Part shown: positions 1 to 12,704 of the stretch, in pieces
Layout: each line of letters begins with the position of its first letter
Numbering within the stretch: position 1 is the first letter of the stretch
Assembly (NCBI GenBank): GCA_951406725.2
Contig: OX597828.1
Coordinates: 15,624,001 to 15,688,000, forward strand
Direction of reading: 5' to 3'
Source of the DNA: Octopus vulgaris
Taxonomy: Eukaryota
Length of the DNA: 64,000 bases
The notes under the pieces: generated by a model
What the model saw: only the letters and a program-made list of their open reading frames with translations
What the model was told of the DNA's origin: nothing
Databases searched by the model: none
Program-made: the position numbers and the translations under genes

Positions 1-7
1 ACCTCTC

Positions 8-14
8 GTGTGTG

Positions 15-87
<73 letters not shown>

Positions 88-552
88 GCGCGCGCGTATA
101 TGTGTGTGAGTGAGTGAGTGTGTGCGTGTGTGTGGTGTGTGTATTGATAAATAGAAAGATAGATGTGTGTGTGTGTTTGTGTGTGTATGTGTGAATGTGT
201 GTGCGTGTGTGTGTGTATGCGCGCACGTATATGTAAGTGTGTGTGCGTGAGCGAGTGTGTGTGTGTGGTGTGTGTATAGATAAATAGAAAGATAGATAGA
301 TATGTGTGTGTGTTTGTTTGTGTGTGTGTGTATGTGTATGTGTGTGTGTATGTGTGTGCACGCGTATATGTGTGTATGTGTATGTGTGTGTGTGTATGTG
401 TGCGCACGCGTATGTGTGTGTGTGTGTGTGAGTGTGTGCGTGTGTGTTTGAGTGAGTGTGTGCGTGTGTGTGTGAGTGAGTGTGTGCGTGTGTGTGTTGT
501 GTGTGTATTGATAAATAGAAAGATAGATGTGTGTGTGTTTGTTTGTGTGTGT
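8..552. repeat. Compound (GT)n microsatellite with an embedded motif repeated three times
   Basis: GT/GC/GA dinucleotide tract with GATAAATAGAAAGATAGAT at ~146, ~279 and ~510; runs into a family A 3' half. Confidence 0.9.
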
Positions 553-775
553 GTGTCTGTGTTTCTCTTTGTCCCTACATCGTTGATAATCGGTGTTGGT
601 TTCTTTCCGTCCCTTAATTTAGTAGTTCCACCAAAGACACAAACAGCATAAATACTGGCGGCGGTGGTGGTGGTGGTGGAGGGGCGGCTCGGGTATTTGC
701 TCGACTAAACCTTCTAAGGCGAAAACTCCAGCATGGCCGCAGTCCAATGACTAAAACAGGTAACAGAATAAAAAT
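552..775 (+). mobile_element. SINE family A, diverged 3' half
   Basis: GTGTCTGTGTTT...GCTCGACTAAA...CCAGCATGGCCGCAGTCCAATGACT matches other copies. Confidence 0.8.
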
Positions 776-1090
776 GCAAACCCAAATATAGGGTCTAAAA
801 AAAATTTTGGTCCTACACGGGAAAACGCTATATTTTCCTACATTATCCAGTACTCATTTATATAATTGCTTTAAATGAATTAATTTTCTATAAATTACTA
901 TAATTACTATAAATGAACTAATTTTCTAATCAATTATATTGTTCTGTGTCTATTGCTGTTCTTCTGGACTTACCGTTTTATTAGTTTTGCTAAGAAAATA
1001 TCTGAAGAACTATCATTGACAAAAATGTGATCCTATGGGAAATTCAAAAATTCAGACGTACAATTCGGAATCTATGCGCATACATTTAGC

Positions 1091-1474
1091 CTTTTGTCTT
1101 GTTTCAGCCATTAAACTGCGGCCATGCTGGAGTACAACCTCGAAGAATTTTAGTCGAACGAATCTTTTTTTTTTTTTAAATCTCCACCATTTTCTTTTTT
1201 AAAGCCAGGTACTTATTCGATCGGGTATCTTCTTACCGAACCACTATGTTACAAGGACGTAAGCACACCAATACCGGTTGTCAAGCAGTGGTCATACACA
1301 CACACACACACACACACACATACACACACGGTGGACTGCTTTCAGTTTCTGTCTACCAAATCCACTCACAAGGTTGTGGTCGGCCATAGGCTGTAGCAGT
1401 AGAAGACACTTGTCCAAGATATCACGCAGTGGAACTGAACCCAGAGCTCTGTGGTTTGGAAGCACACAGCCATG
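1091..1474 (-). mobile_element. SINE family A
   Basis: Reverse complement of the family consensus with internal (CA)n. Confidence 0.85.
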
Positions 1475-1676
1475 TCTATGTGTGTATCTCAGATATAATA
1501 AACTGCAATGCGTTTTACAACGCGGTCACGCTAGTAGAGGGAAGCTGAAACGACAGTCCGAGTGGGGGTGAGTGACAGTGAGAGATATTCACTGTATGTG
1601 AGTTTTGCTGAAGTATAATATCCGGCATCTTAATTCAATCTTAATTCTCTCCATAAATTTAATTTAATTTATCGAT

Positions 1677-1842
<166 letters not shown>

Positions 1843-1845
1843 TTA

Positions 1846-2155
1846 GCGCAATGGCCCAGTGGTTAGGGCAGCGGATTCGCAGTCGTAGGATCGCGGTTTC
1901 GATTCCCAGACTGGGTGTTGTGAGTATTTATTGAGCGAAAACACCTAAAAGCTTCACGAGGCTCCGGCAGGAGGGTGGGTGGCGATCCCTGCTGCACTCG
2001 TTCGCCACAAATTTCTCTCCCTCTTTCTTCTGTTGACCTGCTCGCTCAGCCAGCGGGGTGGCGTCATCTGAAGGCTAAAACAATGCGAAGCGCATTGTGA
2101 CCAGCGATGTGTAGCAACATCTGACAGCCTGGTCGGTCACGGTGATCACGGTGAT
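1846..2155 (+). mobile_element. SINE family B with tail a
   Basis: A box TGGCCCAGTGG, B box GGTTTCGATTCC, body TTTATTGAGCGAAAACACCTAAA; tail ends GGTCACGGTGAT+(AT)n. Confidence 0.9.
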
Positions 2156-2750
2156 ATATATATATATGTTGTATGAACTTTATTAAACTCTTGTTTCTTC
2201 TAAATATTATTGTTCACGTAACAGACAAAATATAGGTGAAAAGGAAGTACCTCAAAGAAGCCGTCTACATACTTAATATGCAGTGTAGAGTTTCGCATAT
2301 GTAATGTAGGGAATCGATTGACTTCGATTAAATGAAATTATCCATGTAGTTACAAGACAGAAAAAAAAAACACAACCAAAAGATATCTGTTCCTGGATAC
2401 ACTGTGTCTGAAAAAGAAAGACAATCAAAAACTGACAGGTCATAGCTGGAATGCTTTTAATCATAAATCTATCGATGGGCGCTAATATGGGGGACTAAAC
2501 AGCAGCAACAATTATAAAAACTACTATAACAGCAAGCTTTACTCCGGTGCTTAATCGTTTCTGTCGCATAAATGATTTGATATTTTGATATAAAAATTAG
2601 ACATACAAATGACTAATAAATACGGGAGGTAATTACAGAGCAATAATGACGAATTTATGACACACGAGTCAGCAATGGCATACTGTGGGGTTTTACGTGA
2701 CACATGACGGAATTTTGAAAAAATAAATAAATAAATAAAACGAAAGAAAT

Positions 2751-3167
2751 AGGTGCAGGTGTGGCTGTGTGGTAAGTAGCTTGTCTACCAACCACATGGT
2801 TCCGGGTTCAGTCCCACTGCGTGGCACCTTGGGCAAGTGTCTTCTACTATAGCCTCGGGCCGACCAAAGCCTTGTGAGTGGATTTGGGAGACGGAAACTG
2901 AAAGAAGCCCGTCGTATATATGTATATATATATATGCGTGTGCATGTTTGTGTGTCTGTGTTTGTCCACTAGTATTGCTTGACAACCGATGGTGGTGTGC
3001 TTATGTCCCCGTTACTTAGCGGTTCGGCAAAAGAGACCGATAGAATAAGTACTGGGCTTACAAAAGAATAAGTCCCAGGGTCGAGTTGTTCGATTAAAAG
3101 GCGGTGCTCTAGCATGGCCGCAGTCAAATGACTGAAACAAGTAAAAGAGTAAAAGAGTAAGAGTAAA
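2751..3167 (+). mobile_element. SINE family A, full length
   Basis: A box TGGCTGTGTGG, B box GGTTCAGTCCC, CORE-like ACCTTGGGCAAGT, internal microsatellite, (GTAAAAGA)n tail. Confidence 0.92.
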
Positions 3168-3170
3168 GAA

Positions 3171-3338
3171 AGGCGCTGGTATGGCTCTGGGATACGAAGT
3201 TTGCTTTCCAATCTCATGGTTCCGGGTGGGATCAGTTCCGCTGTGTGGTACCTTGGCCGTGTGTTTTCTACTATACACCCGGGCCGACCGAAGCCTTGTG
3301 AGTCGATTTGGCAGACGGAAACTGAAAGAAGCCTGTCG

Positions 3339-3372
<34 letters not shown>

Positions 3373-3614
3373 TGTATGTATGTATGTATGTATGTATGTA
3401 TGTATGTATGTATGTATGTATGTATGTATGTATGTATGTATGTATGTATGTGTGTATGTGTGTATGTGTGTATGTATGTATGTATGTATGTATGTATGTA
3501 TGTATGTATGTATGTATGTATGTATGTATGTATGTGTGTGTATATGTTTGTGTGTCTGTGTTTGTCTCCCAGCATCGCTTCATAACCGATGGTAGTGTGT
3601 GTGTGTGTGTGTGC

Positions 3615-3653
<39 letters not shown>

Positions 3654-3890
3654 TGAGTTTGTGTGCGTGCGCACGTTTGTTCCTCACCACCGCTTGTCAA
3701 ACAGTGTTGGTGTGTTTATGTCACCGTAAATTAGCAGTTCAGCAAAAGACACCGATAGAATAAGTATCGGGCTTCAAAAAAAAAAAAAAAAGTACTGGTG
3801 TCGATTCTTCTACTGCAAAAAAAAGTCTTCTAGGCGGTGCCCCAGCATGGCCGCAGTCAAATGACTGAAACAAATGAAAAATAAAAGATA
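3171..3890 (+). mobile_element. SINE family A with expanded (TATG)n and duplicated internal block
   Basis: Same head and tail; the microsatellite-adjacent block occurs twice. Confidence 0.88.
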
Positions 3891-3891
3891 A

Positions 3892-4242
3892 ATAGCGCCA
3901 AGGACTCCAAATTTGCCATCAAGATGTAGGACAAAATACTGCAATAGACTGGGCTTCAGAAGCCCACAGCTCTTCAATATCCTCCCGAAGGACCTGAGAG
4001 ACCTGCATGGGGTGGATGTAGGTGTCTTCAAAATAAAGCTGGACCTCTTCCTGTCAGGTGTCCCAGATGAACCAACTTCGTGGCAGGAAGTGCAGATGAG
4101 GGCAGCTACATCAAACTCTCTCATTCACCAAATGTCAATTGCTATAAAGCATTCGTGAAGTAAAATTATGTAGTAAGACCAAATGGCGGTGCCCCAGCAT
4201 GGCCACAGCTCGTGAGCTGAAACTAGATGAAATAAAAAAAAA
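3892..4242 (+). mobile_element. CR1-clade LINE 3' remnant (ORF2 C-terminus plus 3' UTR)
   Basis: Open frame 3892-4158: PQLFNILPKDLRDL...FKIKLDLFLSGVPDEP...RAATSNSLIHQ, typical of an invertebrate CR1 C-terminus; stem-loop and A-rich tail follow. Confidence 0.85.
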
Positions 4243-4494
4243 ATTTTTTTAATAATAAGTAAAAGTGCCATTAGGGTACCCCTCCCCCACCTAACAGTAA
4301 GTGCAGAGGAACGGTAATAATCTCGCTCTGACGGAGGTCACGATTACCGCTTCGTTTGTGACCACCGCAAAAGTCCTTTGTATTGGGCAAGAGACCCACT
4401 TATCATCCTTGATGACAGGAATGCAATGAAGTTGATTCATGGGTAGCCTTCCTTAATCAAAGACGCTATTGTTCACAAATTCCGACATTTTCTA

Positions 4495-4710
4495 TCATTT
4501 TGTGTTTTACATGTTTCAGTCATGAGGCTGCGGTCATGCTGGGGCATCGCCTTAAAGTATTTTTTAGTTGAATGCATCGACCACAGTACTTTTTTAAGCC
4601 CGGTACTTATTCTATCAGTTCATTTTGTCGAATCTCTAAGTTACGGGAACATTAACACACCAACACCGGTTGTTAGGCGGTGGCAGGAGACACACACACA
4701 CACACACACA

Positions 4711-4753
<43 letters not shown>

Positions 4754-5338
4754 ATGTGTAGGAGTGGCTGTGTAGTAAGTAGCTTGCTTACTAACCACAT
4801 GATTCTTCCGGGTTCAGTCCTACTGCGTGGCACCTTGGGAAAGTGTCTTCTACTATAGTCTCGGGCCGACCAAAGCCTTGTGAGTGGATTTGATAGACGG
4901 AAACTGAAAGAAGCCTGTCGTATATATGTATATATATATATGTGTGTGTGTATATGTTTGAGTGTCTGTGTTTGTCTCCCCCCCCCCAATATCGCTTGAC
5001 AACTGATGCTGGTGCGTTTACGTCGCCGTAACCAAGCGGTTCGGCAAAAAAGACCGATAGAATAAGTACTAGGCTTACAAAGAATAAATCCGATTTGCTC
5101 GACTAAAGGCGGTGCTCCAGCATGGCCACTGTCAACTGACTGGAACAAGTAAAAGAGTATATATATATATATGATGGGCTTCTTTCAGTTTTCGCCCACC
5201 AAATCCATTCAAAATGTTTTGGTCAGCTTGTGGCTATATTAAAAGACACTTACCCAACGTGTCACGCCTTGGGGAACTGAACCCGGAACCATATCGTTGT
5301 GAAGCAAACTTCTTACCACACATCCACGCCTGCGCCTG
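4495..5338 (-). mobile_element. SINE family A split by a nested copy
   Basis: 3' half at 4495-4710 and 5' half at 5172-5338 flank an opposite-strand copy. Confidence 0.8.
4759..5158 (+). mobile_element. SINE family A nested in the host copy's microsatellite
   Basis: Near full-length consensus match between TA/TG tracts. Confidence 0.9.
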
Positions 5339-6471
5339 TATAAATAAAACAAATTAAAAACCCATCGACATTAGCAATCCCCTGCTGCCCCTCCCCCCCA
5401 CTTTTTTAATGCTAATAATCATCTTAACAGTTTCTTATTGCCGAACCAATCAAAAAATAATTATAACGCTGCTATTTTGACCCCCATCTCAGTTTATTTG
5501 GAAAAAAGTGCCAGAAAATAATCTAAATTTGATCTTCTTCAATTGTTTTAGTCATTTATCTAAGAAGTCATCATATGTTTAAAGAAATTATGAAGCAATA
5601 AAGACTTATCGAATGTTAAAAAAAAATTAAAAGAAACATTGCTATATAAATAAAAAAAAAACAATGAACAAAAAACATGTTAGGCAGAGAAATATAATAA
5701 AAATGAGCAAAATCAATGAAAAGTTCATAACACTGACATAATCCTTTTTTCGGTAATTGATTGAAAAAAATAAAATCTTTAGTGATTATTATATATTGCA
5801 AATTAATTATCAAAATATCGATGCAATAAGCAATTTAAGTGTTTCTATCGCAAACTCCAATATCACTTCAAACAGTGAAAGCAAGAAGGTTGAACGCGTT
5901 GGACTATTGCGATAAAGAGTTGCAAGCCGTAACTAAAGAGAAGAAAGATAATAATATAATAAATAAATATGTTAGGAAATAGTATAAACTATATAAACCA
6001 CGCGACATGACTCGAGAGAAACTATAAGAAGAAAAAGAAAAGAAGAGAGAGAGAGAGAAAGAGAGAGAGAGAGGTGAAAGAAGTTGCTAAGTGTCTTTAG
6101 TATCCACAAGAGCTCATAAATCTGGTGCTTAGATCGGGTTTCATAGCATTAAGCGGATGAGGGAGATAAATCGTCCTCTCTTGTCTGATTGTATAAAATC
6201 GCTATACATCTTGAATACGCCTTAACAGTTGCGGCCAAAAACACGTCTGCAAGACGGAGTGGATTGGTATAAAACATAAATCAGTGCTGTTGGAGTGAAT
6301 TAATATTTTATTAAGCTGTGATAGGTTAAGAAGACTTTGATAATAATGACACGACTGATAAGATGTTCAGATGGAGATAACCATTGAAATAATAAATAAG
6401 AAGAGAATTGAAACGCCTCCAGAGTAATCATGTATATGTATGTATGTATGTGTGTGTATATATATATATAT

Positions 6472-6693
6472 GTTCTTTTATTCTTTTATTTGTTTCGGTC
6501 ATTTGATTGCGGCTATGCTGGAGCACCGCTTTTAAGGGTTTTTTAGCCAAAGAAATCGACCCCAGGACTTATTCTTTGTATGCCTGATACTTCTTCTATC
6601 GTTCTCTTTTGCCGAACCGCTAAGTTACAGGGACGTAAACGCACCAACATCGGTTGTCAAGAGATGGTGGGGGACAAACACAGATAAAAAGAT

Positions 6694-6728
<35 letters not shown>

Positions 6729-6888
6729 CGACGGGCTTCTTTCAGTTTCCGTCTACCAAATCTACTCACAAGCTTTAGCCGGCCCGTGGCTATAGTAGAA
6801 GACACTTGTCCAAGATGTCACGCAGAGGGACTGAACCCGGAACCGTGTGGTTGGGAAGTAAGCTTCTAACCAAACAACCACTCCTGCA
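6472..6888 (-). mobile_element. SINE family A, full length
   Basis: Consensus match. Confidence 0.9.
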
Positions 6889-6915
6889 TATGTATCTCGT
6901 ATAATGGGTGGCACT

Positions 6916-7090
6916 CGCCCGTCGCTACGTTCTAAGTTCAAATTCCGCCGAGGTCGACTTTGCCTTTCATCCTTTCGGGGTCGATAAATTAAGTACCAGT
7001 TACGCACTGGAGTCGATGTAATCGACTTAATTACCGTGTGTCTGCCCGTGTGTCTGCCCTATGTTTAGCCCCTTGTGGGTAGTAAAGAAA
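6916..7090 (+). mobile_element. SINE family D headless monomer with 18-bp TSD
   Basis: Meta-like GGTCGACTTTGCCTTTCATCCTTTCGGGGTCGATAAATTAAGTACC; TSD CGTATAATGGGTGGCACT at 6898-6915 and 7091-7108. Confidence 0.9.
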
Positions 7091-7231
7091 CGTATAATGG
7101 GTGGCACTTTTTGATTTTCTTTGATTTGTGGGAATAGTTTTCTATAATATCGAATTTATTCTTTTACACTTTTTCTTGTTTCAATCGTTGGACTGTTGCC
7201 ATGCTGGAGCACCACCTTGAAGAGATTGGAC

Positions 7232-7810
7232 CAGTGTTTCTCAACCATGGACCCCTCTGATCCCTATTTTACTCGGATGGATCCCCATAACCATTCGATG
7301 TTTGAAATATCCATTTATACGTATTTTTATAAGGCGCATGGCTCAGTGGTTAGAGCGTCGAAATTACGATCGTGAGGTTGTGAGTTTGATTCCCGGACCG
7401 GGCTGCGTGTTGTGTTCTTGAGCAAGACAATTTATTTCACGTTGCTCCAGTTAACTCAGCTGTAGAAATGAGTTGCGACATCACTGGTGCCAAACTGTAT
7501 CGGCCTTTGCCTTTCCCATGGAAAGCACCAGTGGTGTGGAGAAGGGAGGCCGGTATGCATGGGCGACTGCTGGTCTTCCATAAACAACCTTGCCCGGACT
7601 TGTGCCTGGGAGGGTAACTTTCTAGGTGCAATCCCATGGTCATTCATGACCAAAGGGGGACTCCTCCTATAATAAGCTATTATTGGGGATTGAGTAAAAA
7701 ATATTTCGTGTCTTATAGAAGTAAAATAAATTTATAATAGACATAAATTTTAGCAACAAAGTCTTATATGGACCCACAAGGGCCATATGGAACCCGGTTG
7801 AAAACTACTG
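7232..7810. mobile_element. hAT (Charlie-like) MITE
   Basis: Terminal inverted repeats (TIRs) CAGTGTTTCTCAACC / GGTTGAAAACTACTG; degenerate 8-bp TSD GATTGGAC / GTTTAGAC. Confidence 0.8.
7331..7668 (+). mobile_element. SINE family C with tail e, nested in the MITE
   Basis: A box TGGCTCAGTGG; body GTTGTGTTCTTGAGCAAGACA; colinear with 60198-60546. Confidence 0.9.
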
Positions 7811-8257
7811 GTTTAGACGGACAAACCGACCGCAGTACTTATTCTTCTTCAGTCTAGTTCTTGTTCTAGACCGCTAGGTTACGGGGACGTGACAAAACGA
7901 ACACCAATTGTCAAGTAGTGGGGATATGTGACAAACACAAAGACACACACACAAGTACATACATACATACACACATACATACATACATACATACATACAT
8001 ACACACATACATACACACACATACATACATACATACATACATGCATACGACAAGCTTCCACACGGTTTCTCTCAATCAAATTCTAGAAGATTCTCGCACA
8101 AGATATCACGCTGATTGAATCTAAGATCACGTGGTTGCAATGCGAACTTCTTAGCTACACTTAGTTTATAATCTCAAAGAAGTTTTTTTTCTTCTTAATT
8201 TGTACAGTTAGGAACAGATAACTTATATTTGTGATAAATATCACAAGTCAACTTAAG

Positions 8258-8508
8258 GCAACAGGCTGGTGGAATCGTTAGCACGCCGAACGAAATGTTT
8301 AGCACCTTTCCTCCAGCTTTATTTTCTGGGTTCAAATACCAACGAGGTCAGAGTGGCTGTGTGGTAAGTAGCTTGCTAACCAACCACATGGTTCCGAGTT
8401 CAGCCCCTCTGCGTGGCATCTTGGGCAAGTGTCTTCTGCTATAGCCCCGGGCCGACCAATGCCTTGTGAGTGGATTTGGTAGACGGAAACTGAAAGAAGC
8501 CTGTCGTA

Positions 8509-8565
<57 letters not shown>

Positions 8566-8900
8566 ATATGTTTGTGTGTCTGTGTTTGTCCCCCTAGCAT
8601 TGCTTGACAACCGATGCTGGTGTGTTTGCGTCCCCGTCACTTAGCGGTTCGGCAAAAGAGACAGATAGAATAAATACTGGGCTTACAAAAGAATAAGTCC
8701 TGGGATCGAGTTGCTCGACTAAAGGCGGTGCTCCAGCATGGCCGCAGTCAAATGACTGAAACAAGTAAAAGAGTAAAAGAGTATGTTTCTCATTCTTTCG
8801 GAGGTCTATAAAATAAGTACCAGTCGATCACTGGTTCGTGTAATCGACCAGCCTCCTTCCCACAAATTCCAGGCCTTGGATTTATAGTAGAAAAGGATTA
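8258..8900 (+). mobile_element. Old SINE family D copy with nested family A copy at 8351-8783
   Basis: D head to CGAGGTC, full family A copy, then D resumes CATTCTTTCGGAGGTC...GTACCAG. Confidence 0.8.
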
Positions 8901-9204
8901 TTACAAATCAAAATGGATGTAATTCACACTGAATATTTTCAGTATAGCAGCAAATTTCTAAAAGCAAAAATAATGGAGTGTTGTTTTTATTTCTAAAGGA
9001 AATGAATTAATCTTTTTTCGTTGTGATGAGTAGTTAGTCTCCATGTGTAAAACGCAGATTAATTTGTTAATACTCGAAAAGGAGAAACCCTTAACGCAAG
9101 GAACTGTATTTTTCAAGAAAAAAAAATGTTGCTACCCATACGAAATCCATTTGTAACTAATATCACACACACACACACACACACGCACACACATTTATAA
9201 ACAA

Positions 9205-9467
9205 TAATAATAAATAAATGTGCCCTTTTAAAGCCTAGCCTGGCTCATGGGCCCGGTTTCCCGGTTTTAGTGGCGTATGTGTTCCCAAGCTGGACGGGAC
9301 GCCAGTCCATCGCAGCGTTACTCATTTTTGCCAGCTGAGTGGACTGTAGCAACGTGGAAACGAAGTGTTTTGCTCAAGAACACAACGCGTCGCTCGGTTC
9401 AGGAATCGAAACCACAATCTTACGATCATGATGCGTACCCCCTAACCACTAAGCCACGCACCTCCAC
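9205..9467 (-). mobile_element. SINE with C-type body and tail c
   Basis: C body joined to GCTGCGATGGACTGGCGTCCCGTCCAG tail; TSD ATTTATAAACAA at 9193-9204 and 9468-9479. Confidence 0.88.
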
Positions 9468-9633
9468 ATTTATAAACAAGGAGGAATGATATTGTATGAC
9501 GTCCATACTTTTTTCAAAGGTTTCAGCTGGAAACCAAACCCAAACTATTTTCACAGACTCGTTTCAACGGGAACTTATTACCTTTTGCTCTGCTGTACTC
9601 GCTCTGATCAAGGTCACGATTACCGCCCCGGTT

Positions 9634-10020
9634 GTGGTGGAAGCACTCCGTCGGTTACGACGACGAGGGTTCCGGTTGATCCGATCAACGGAACAGCCTG
9701 CTCGTGAAATTAACGTGTAAGTGGCTGAGCACCCCACAGACACGTGTACCCTTAACGTAGTTCTCGGGGATATTCAGCGTGACACAGAGAGTGACAAGGC
9801 CGGCCCTTTGAAATACAGGTACAACAGAAACAGGAAGTAAGAGTGAGAGAAAGTTGTGGTGAAAGAGTACAGCAGGGATCACCACCATCCCTGCCAGAGC
9901 CTCGTGGAGCTTTAGGTGTTTTCGCTCAATAAACACTCACAACGCCCGGTCTGGGAATCGAAACCGCGATCCTACGACCGCGAGTCCGCTGCCCTAACCA
10001 CTGGGCCATTGCGCCTCCAC
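9634..10020 (-). mobile_element. SINE family B with tail b
   Basis: Full length; TSD ACCGCCCCGGTT at 9622-9633 and 10021-10032. Confidence 0.92.
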
Positions 10021-10721
10021 ACCGCCCCGGTTATGGTAATAAATTACCGTATTTACTCATGTTTAAGTTGCACTATTTTTTCTCTGGTAACAATTTTTGC
10101 CGTGAAGGTCTTTCCACGTCTGTCTATACACGAACGTTTTTGATACAATTCAGTGTGTGTGTTTGTGTGTGTGCCACCGTACGTATCACGAAACCAAGTG
10201 TGTGTGTCTAAATATTCCTATACGCCTTTTATGCCAGCATATACATTGCTTTATTATCTAATGTGCAATTCCTTGTACATTGGTGTATGATTTGATGATC
10301 ACTCTCGGCGATTTCGACGTATGAGTGTTTGAAAGAGAAGGTTTGACAAAGAAAAAAACAACTTTAAAAATAAAAGAACATGGATGCGTGGATGTAATTT
10401 GAGTCCAGGTATGGATTTTGCTATGAAGTAACAGTGGGGACACTGATGGTTTTGATTTTGCCTGGGATCAGGCAAATGTAGCTATTGATTGCAAGATATT
10501 TTATCGTTCTGTTTCTTCAACTCAAATTGTTTTGGTATGATCTAAGGGAGATTCATCTGCTACTTTCAACAGATCGGGTGATCACGTAGAAACTTTCTCG
10601 TTGTCTCATTGGCTATTTCAGTCAGTTGTTCCTTTCTCATTTTTACCAATAGCCAAAATAAATTTTCTAACAAACCTTCTAATTTAACTCTTTGGGAAAT
10701 TTAATAATCACTTATAAAATA

Positions 10722-10995
10722 TTAGTTAGTTCTCTCCGTGTCATGAGGCACAAAAGTCCGCAACACAGTCTCTCTAACCAGCTCTGTTTTCTGTCACTGT
10801 TCTAGTCTCTTTCCAGCTTGTCCGCCCTTCTCTTCTCCTTTTCTTGTCATTGGTCCTTCGCCATATGGTTTTAGGGCACCCTGCTGCTCTTTCCCACTCA
10901 GGCTGCCGCTTTAGTGCCGCTACACAATCGCTTTCTCAATCTTTTCTGAAGACGTTTCCGATCTAATCCCAATGTCTGTGTCTTATTTGGTCGCT
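10722..10995 (-). mobile_element. RTE-clade LINE 3' remnant, decayed
   Basis: Manual translation QIRHRHWD*IGNVFRK...GCPKTIWRRT...SWKETR...NRAG*RDCVADFCAS resembles the RTE C-terminus (W.GHV.R, GRPKTTWRRT, DR..WR); several stops. Confidence 0.75.
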
Positions 10996-11542
10996 ACTCT
11001 TTTTGTGTATTTTAGTGTTTTAAGAAAATTTGGCTGCTACTTCTAGCAAGTTGAGCAACCGCATAAACTCTTTCTCATTGTTTCATTCGCTATTTCTTTC
11101 AATTATTAATTCCTTTCTTATTTCTACCACAAGCAAAGCACTCAGTTATTCTTAGTAAAGCAGATTCTATCTTCCCACTTGTTGATGTTAAAGAGTTGCT
11201 TCTTTTTACATTAATGAGAAATAGTAATTGTATTAATGATCTGTTTAAACTTCTCTTTAACAATTCAATTATACTTTAAATTTTGCGCAATAAAACGTTC
11301 CTCCTTCACTTCTCCTCCTCTTTCTCTCCTTTTCTTTTTCCTTTTGATCTTTTAGTTTGTAGTTCATTGAGTACCTTTTAATTAATTTATAATTTCATCT
11401 TCTCGCTTAATCTGCTATTTGATTCAGTCGTGGCAAAATATCCGCCTTAATGGACGTTGCAGCAATCCGAAGCGGCTTAGTGGTAAACGACATTGCGCTT
11501 TCGGTGCAGCGTTCAGAGTTCGATTCTCTACTTAGAACATTA

Positions 11543-11929
11543 GTGGAGGCGCAATAGCCCAGTGGTTAGGGCAGCGGACCCGCGGTCGGAGGATCGCGGT
11601 TTCGATTCCCAGACCGAGCACTGTGAGTGTTTATTGAGCGAAAACACCTAAAGCTCCACGAGGCTCCGGCAGGGGATGGTGGTGATCCCTGCTGTACTCT
11701 TTTACCACAACTTTCTCTCGCTCTTTCTTCCTGTTTCTCCTGTACCTGTATTTCAAAGGGCCGGCCTTGTCACTCTCTGTGTCACGCTGAATATCCCCGA
11801 GATCTACGTTAAGGGTACACGTGTCTGTGGAGTGCTCAGCCACTTACACGTTAATATCACGAGCAAGCTGTTCCGTTGATCGTATCAGCTGGGACCCTCA
11901 TCGTCGCAACCGACGGAGTGCTCCTACTA
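11543..11929 (+). mobile_element. SINE family B with tail b
   Basis: TSD CTACTTAGAACATTA at 11528-11542 and 11930-11944; sits just after an older tRNA-like head (11471-11530). Confidence 0.93.
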
Positions 11930-12469
11930 CTACTTAGAACATTATTTTTGTTCGATCACCGTGAGGACAAGACCAAAGAGGAGATTTATAGACACAGTCA
12001 ACCCATCTCAATTACTTACTGCTGGTCTAATAACAATAACAACGGCATTAACGAATGCTACGTTTGTAGGTTTGCTTGTAGCGGCGCTGAGTTCAACTTT
12101 CTCCGTTGCCGTAGATGCTTAACTCCAGATCAATCCTGATCGAGCAGACTCGTGATCAAAGTTATTCCAGTCGTGACCATCTCAACTAGTTTCCTACGTG
12201 AAGGAAATCCTGAATCATGTTATTAAACATGTCTTTATCCTCAGTCAGACAGTGGCGTGTAATCTGACGAAGATTTGGCAGTTATTTCTAGTAAGTTCAT
12301 TGACCACATTGGTATGGAACAGTAATGAGAGACCAGAGGCCACTCCAGTATATTGTTCCTAATGATTATCCAAAGCCCGAGTCCAAATAGCGCCATTGAA
12401 AGTTAATCCTATATCCTACTGACTCGGTGGGATTAACCCAGCTCAAATACATGTCTTCCTGCATTTTAA

Positions 12470-12670
12470 TACTCTTTTACTCTTTACTCTTTTACTTGTT
12501 TCAGTCATTTGACTGCGGCCATGCTGGAGCACCGCCTTTAGTCGATCAAATCGACCCCGGGACTTATTCTTTGTAAGCCCGGTACTTATTCTATCGGTCT
12601 CTTTTGCCGAACCGCTAAGTTACGGGGACGTAAACACACCAGCATCGGTTGTCAAGCAATGCTAGGGGGA

Positions 12671-12704
<34 letters not shown>

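Larger units (their letters stand above)
7157..8160 (-). mobile_element. Old SINE family A copy interrupted by a hAT MITE
   Basis: Tail at 7157-7223; remainder resumes at 7819. Confidence 0.75.

Noticed and set aside
11543-11620. tRNA genes at SINE heads (also 7331, 52849, 60198)
   Set aside because: A and B boxes are present, but there is no proper acceptor stem and each runs into a SINE body
12183-12250. Minus-strand hammerhead CTGAGGA...GAAACTAGT
   Set aside because: No stem I or closing stem II; lies in an ancient repeat
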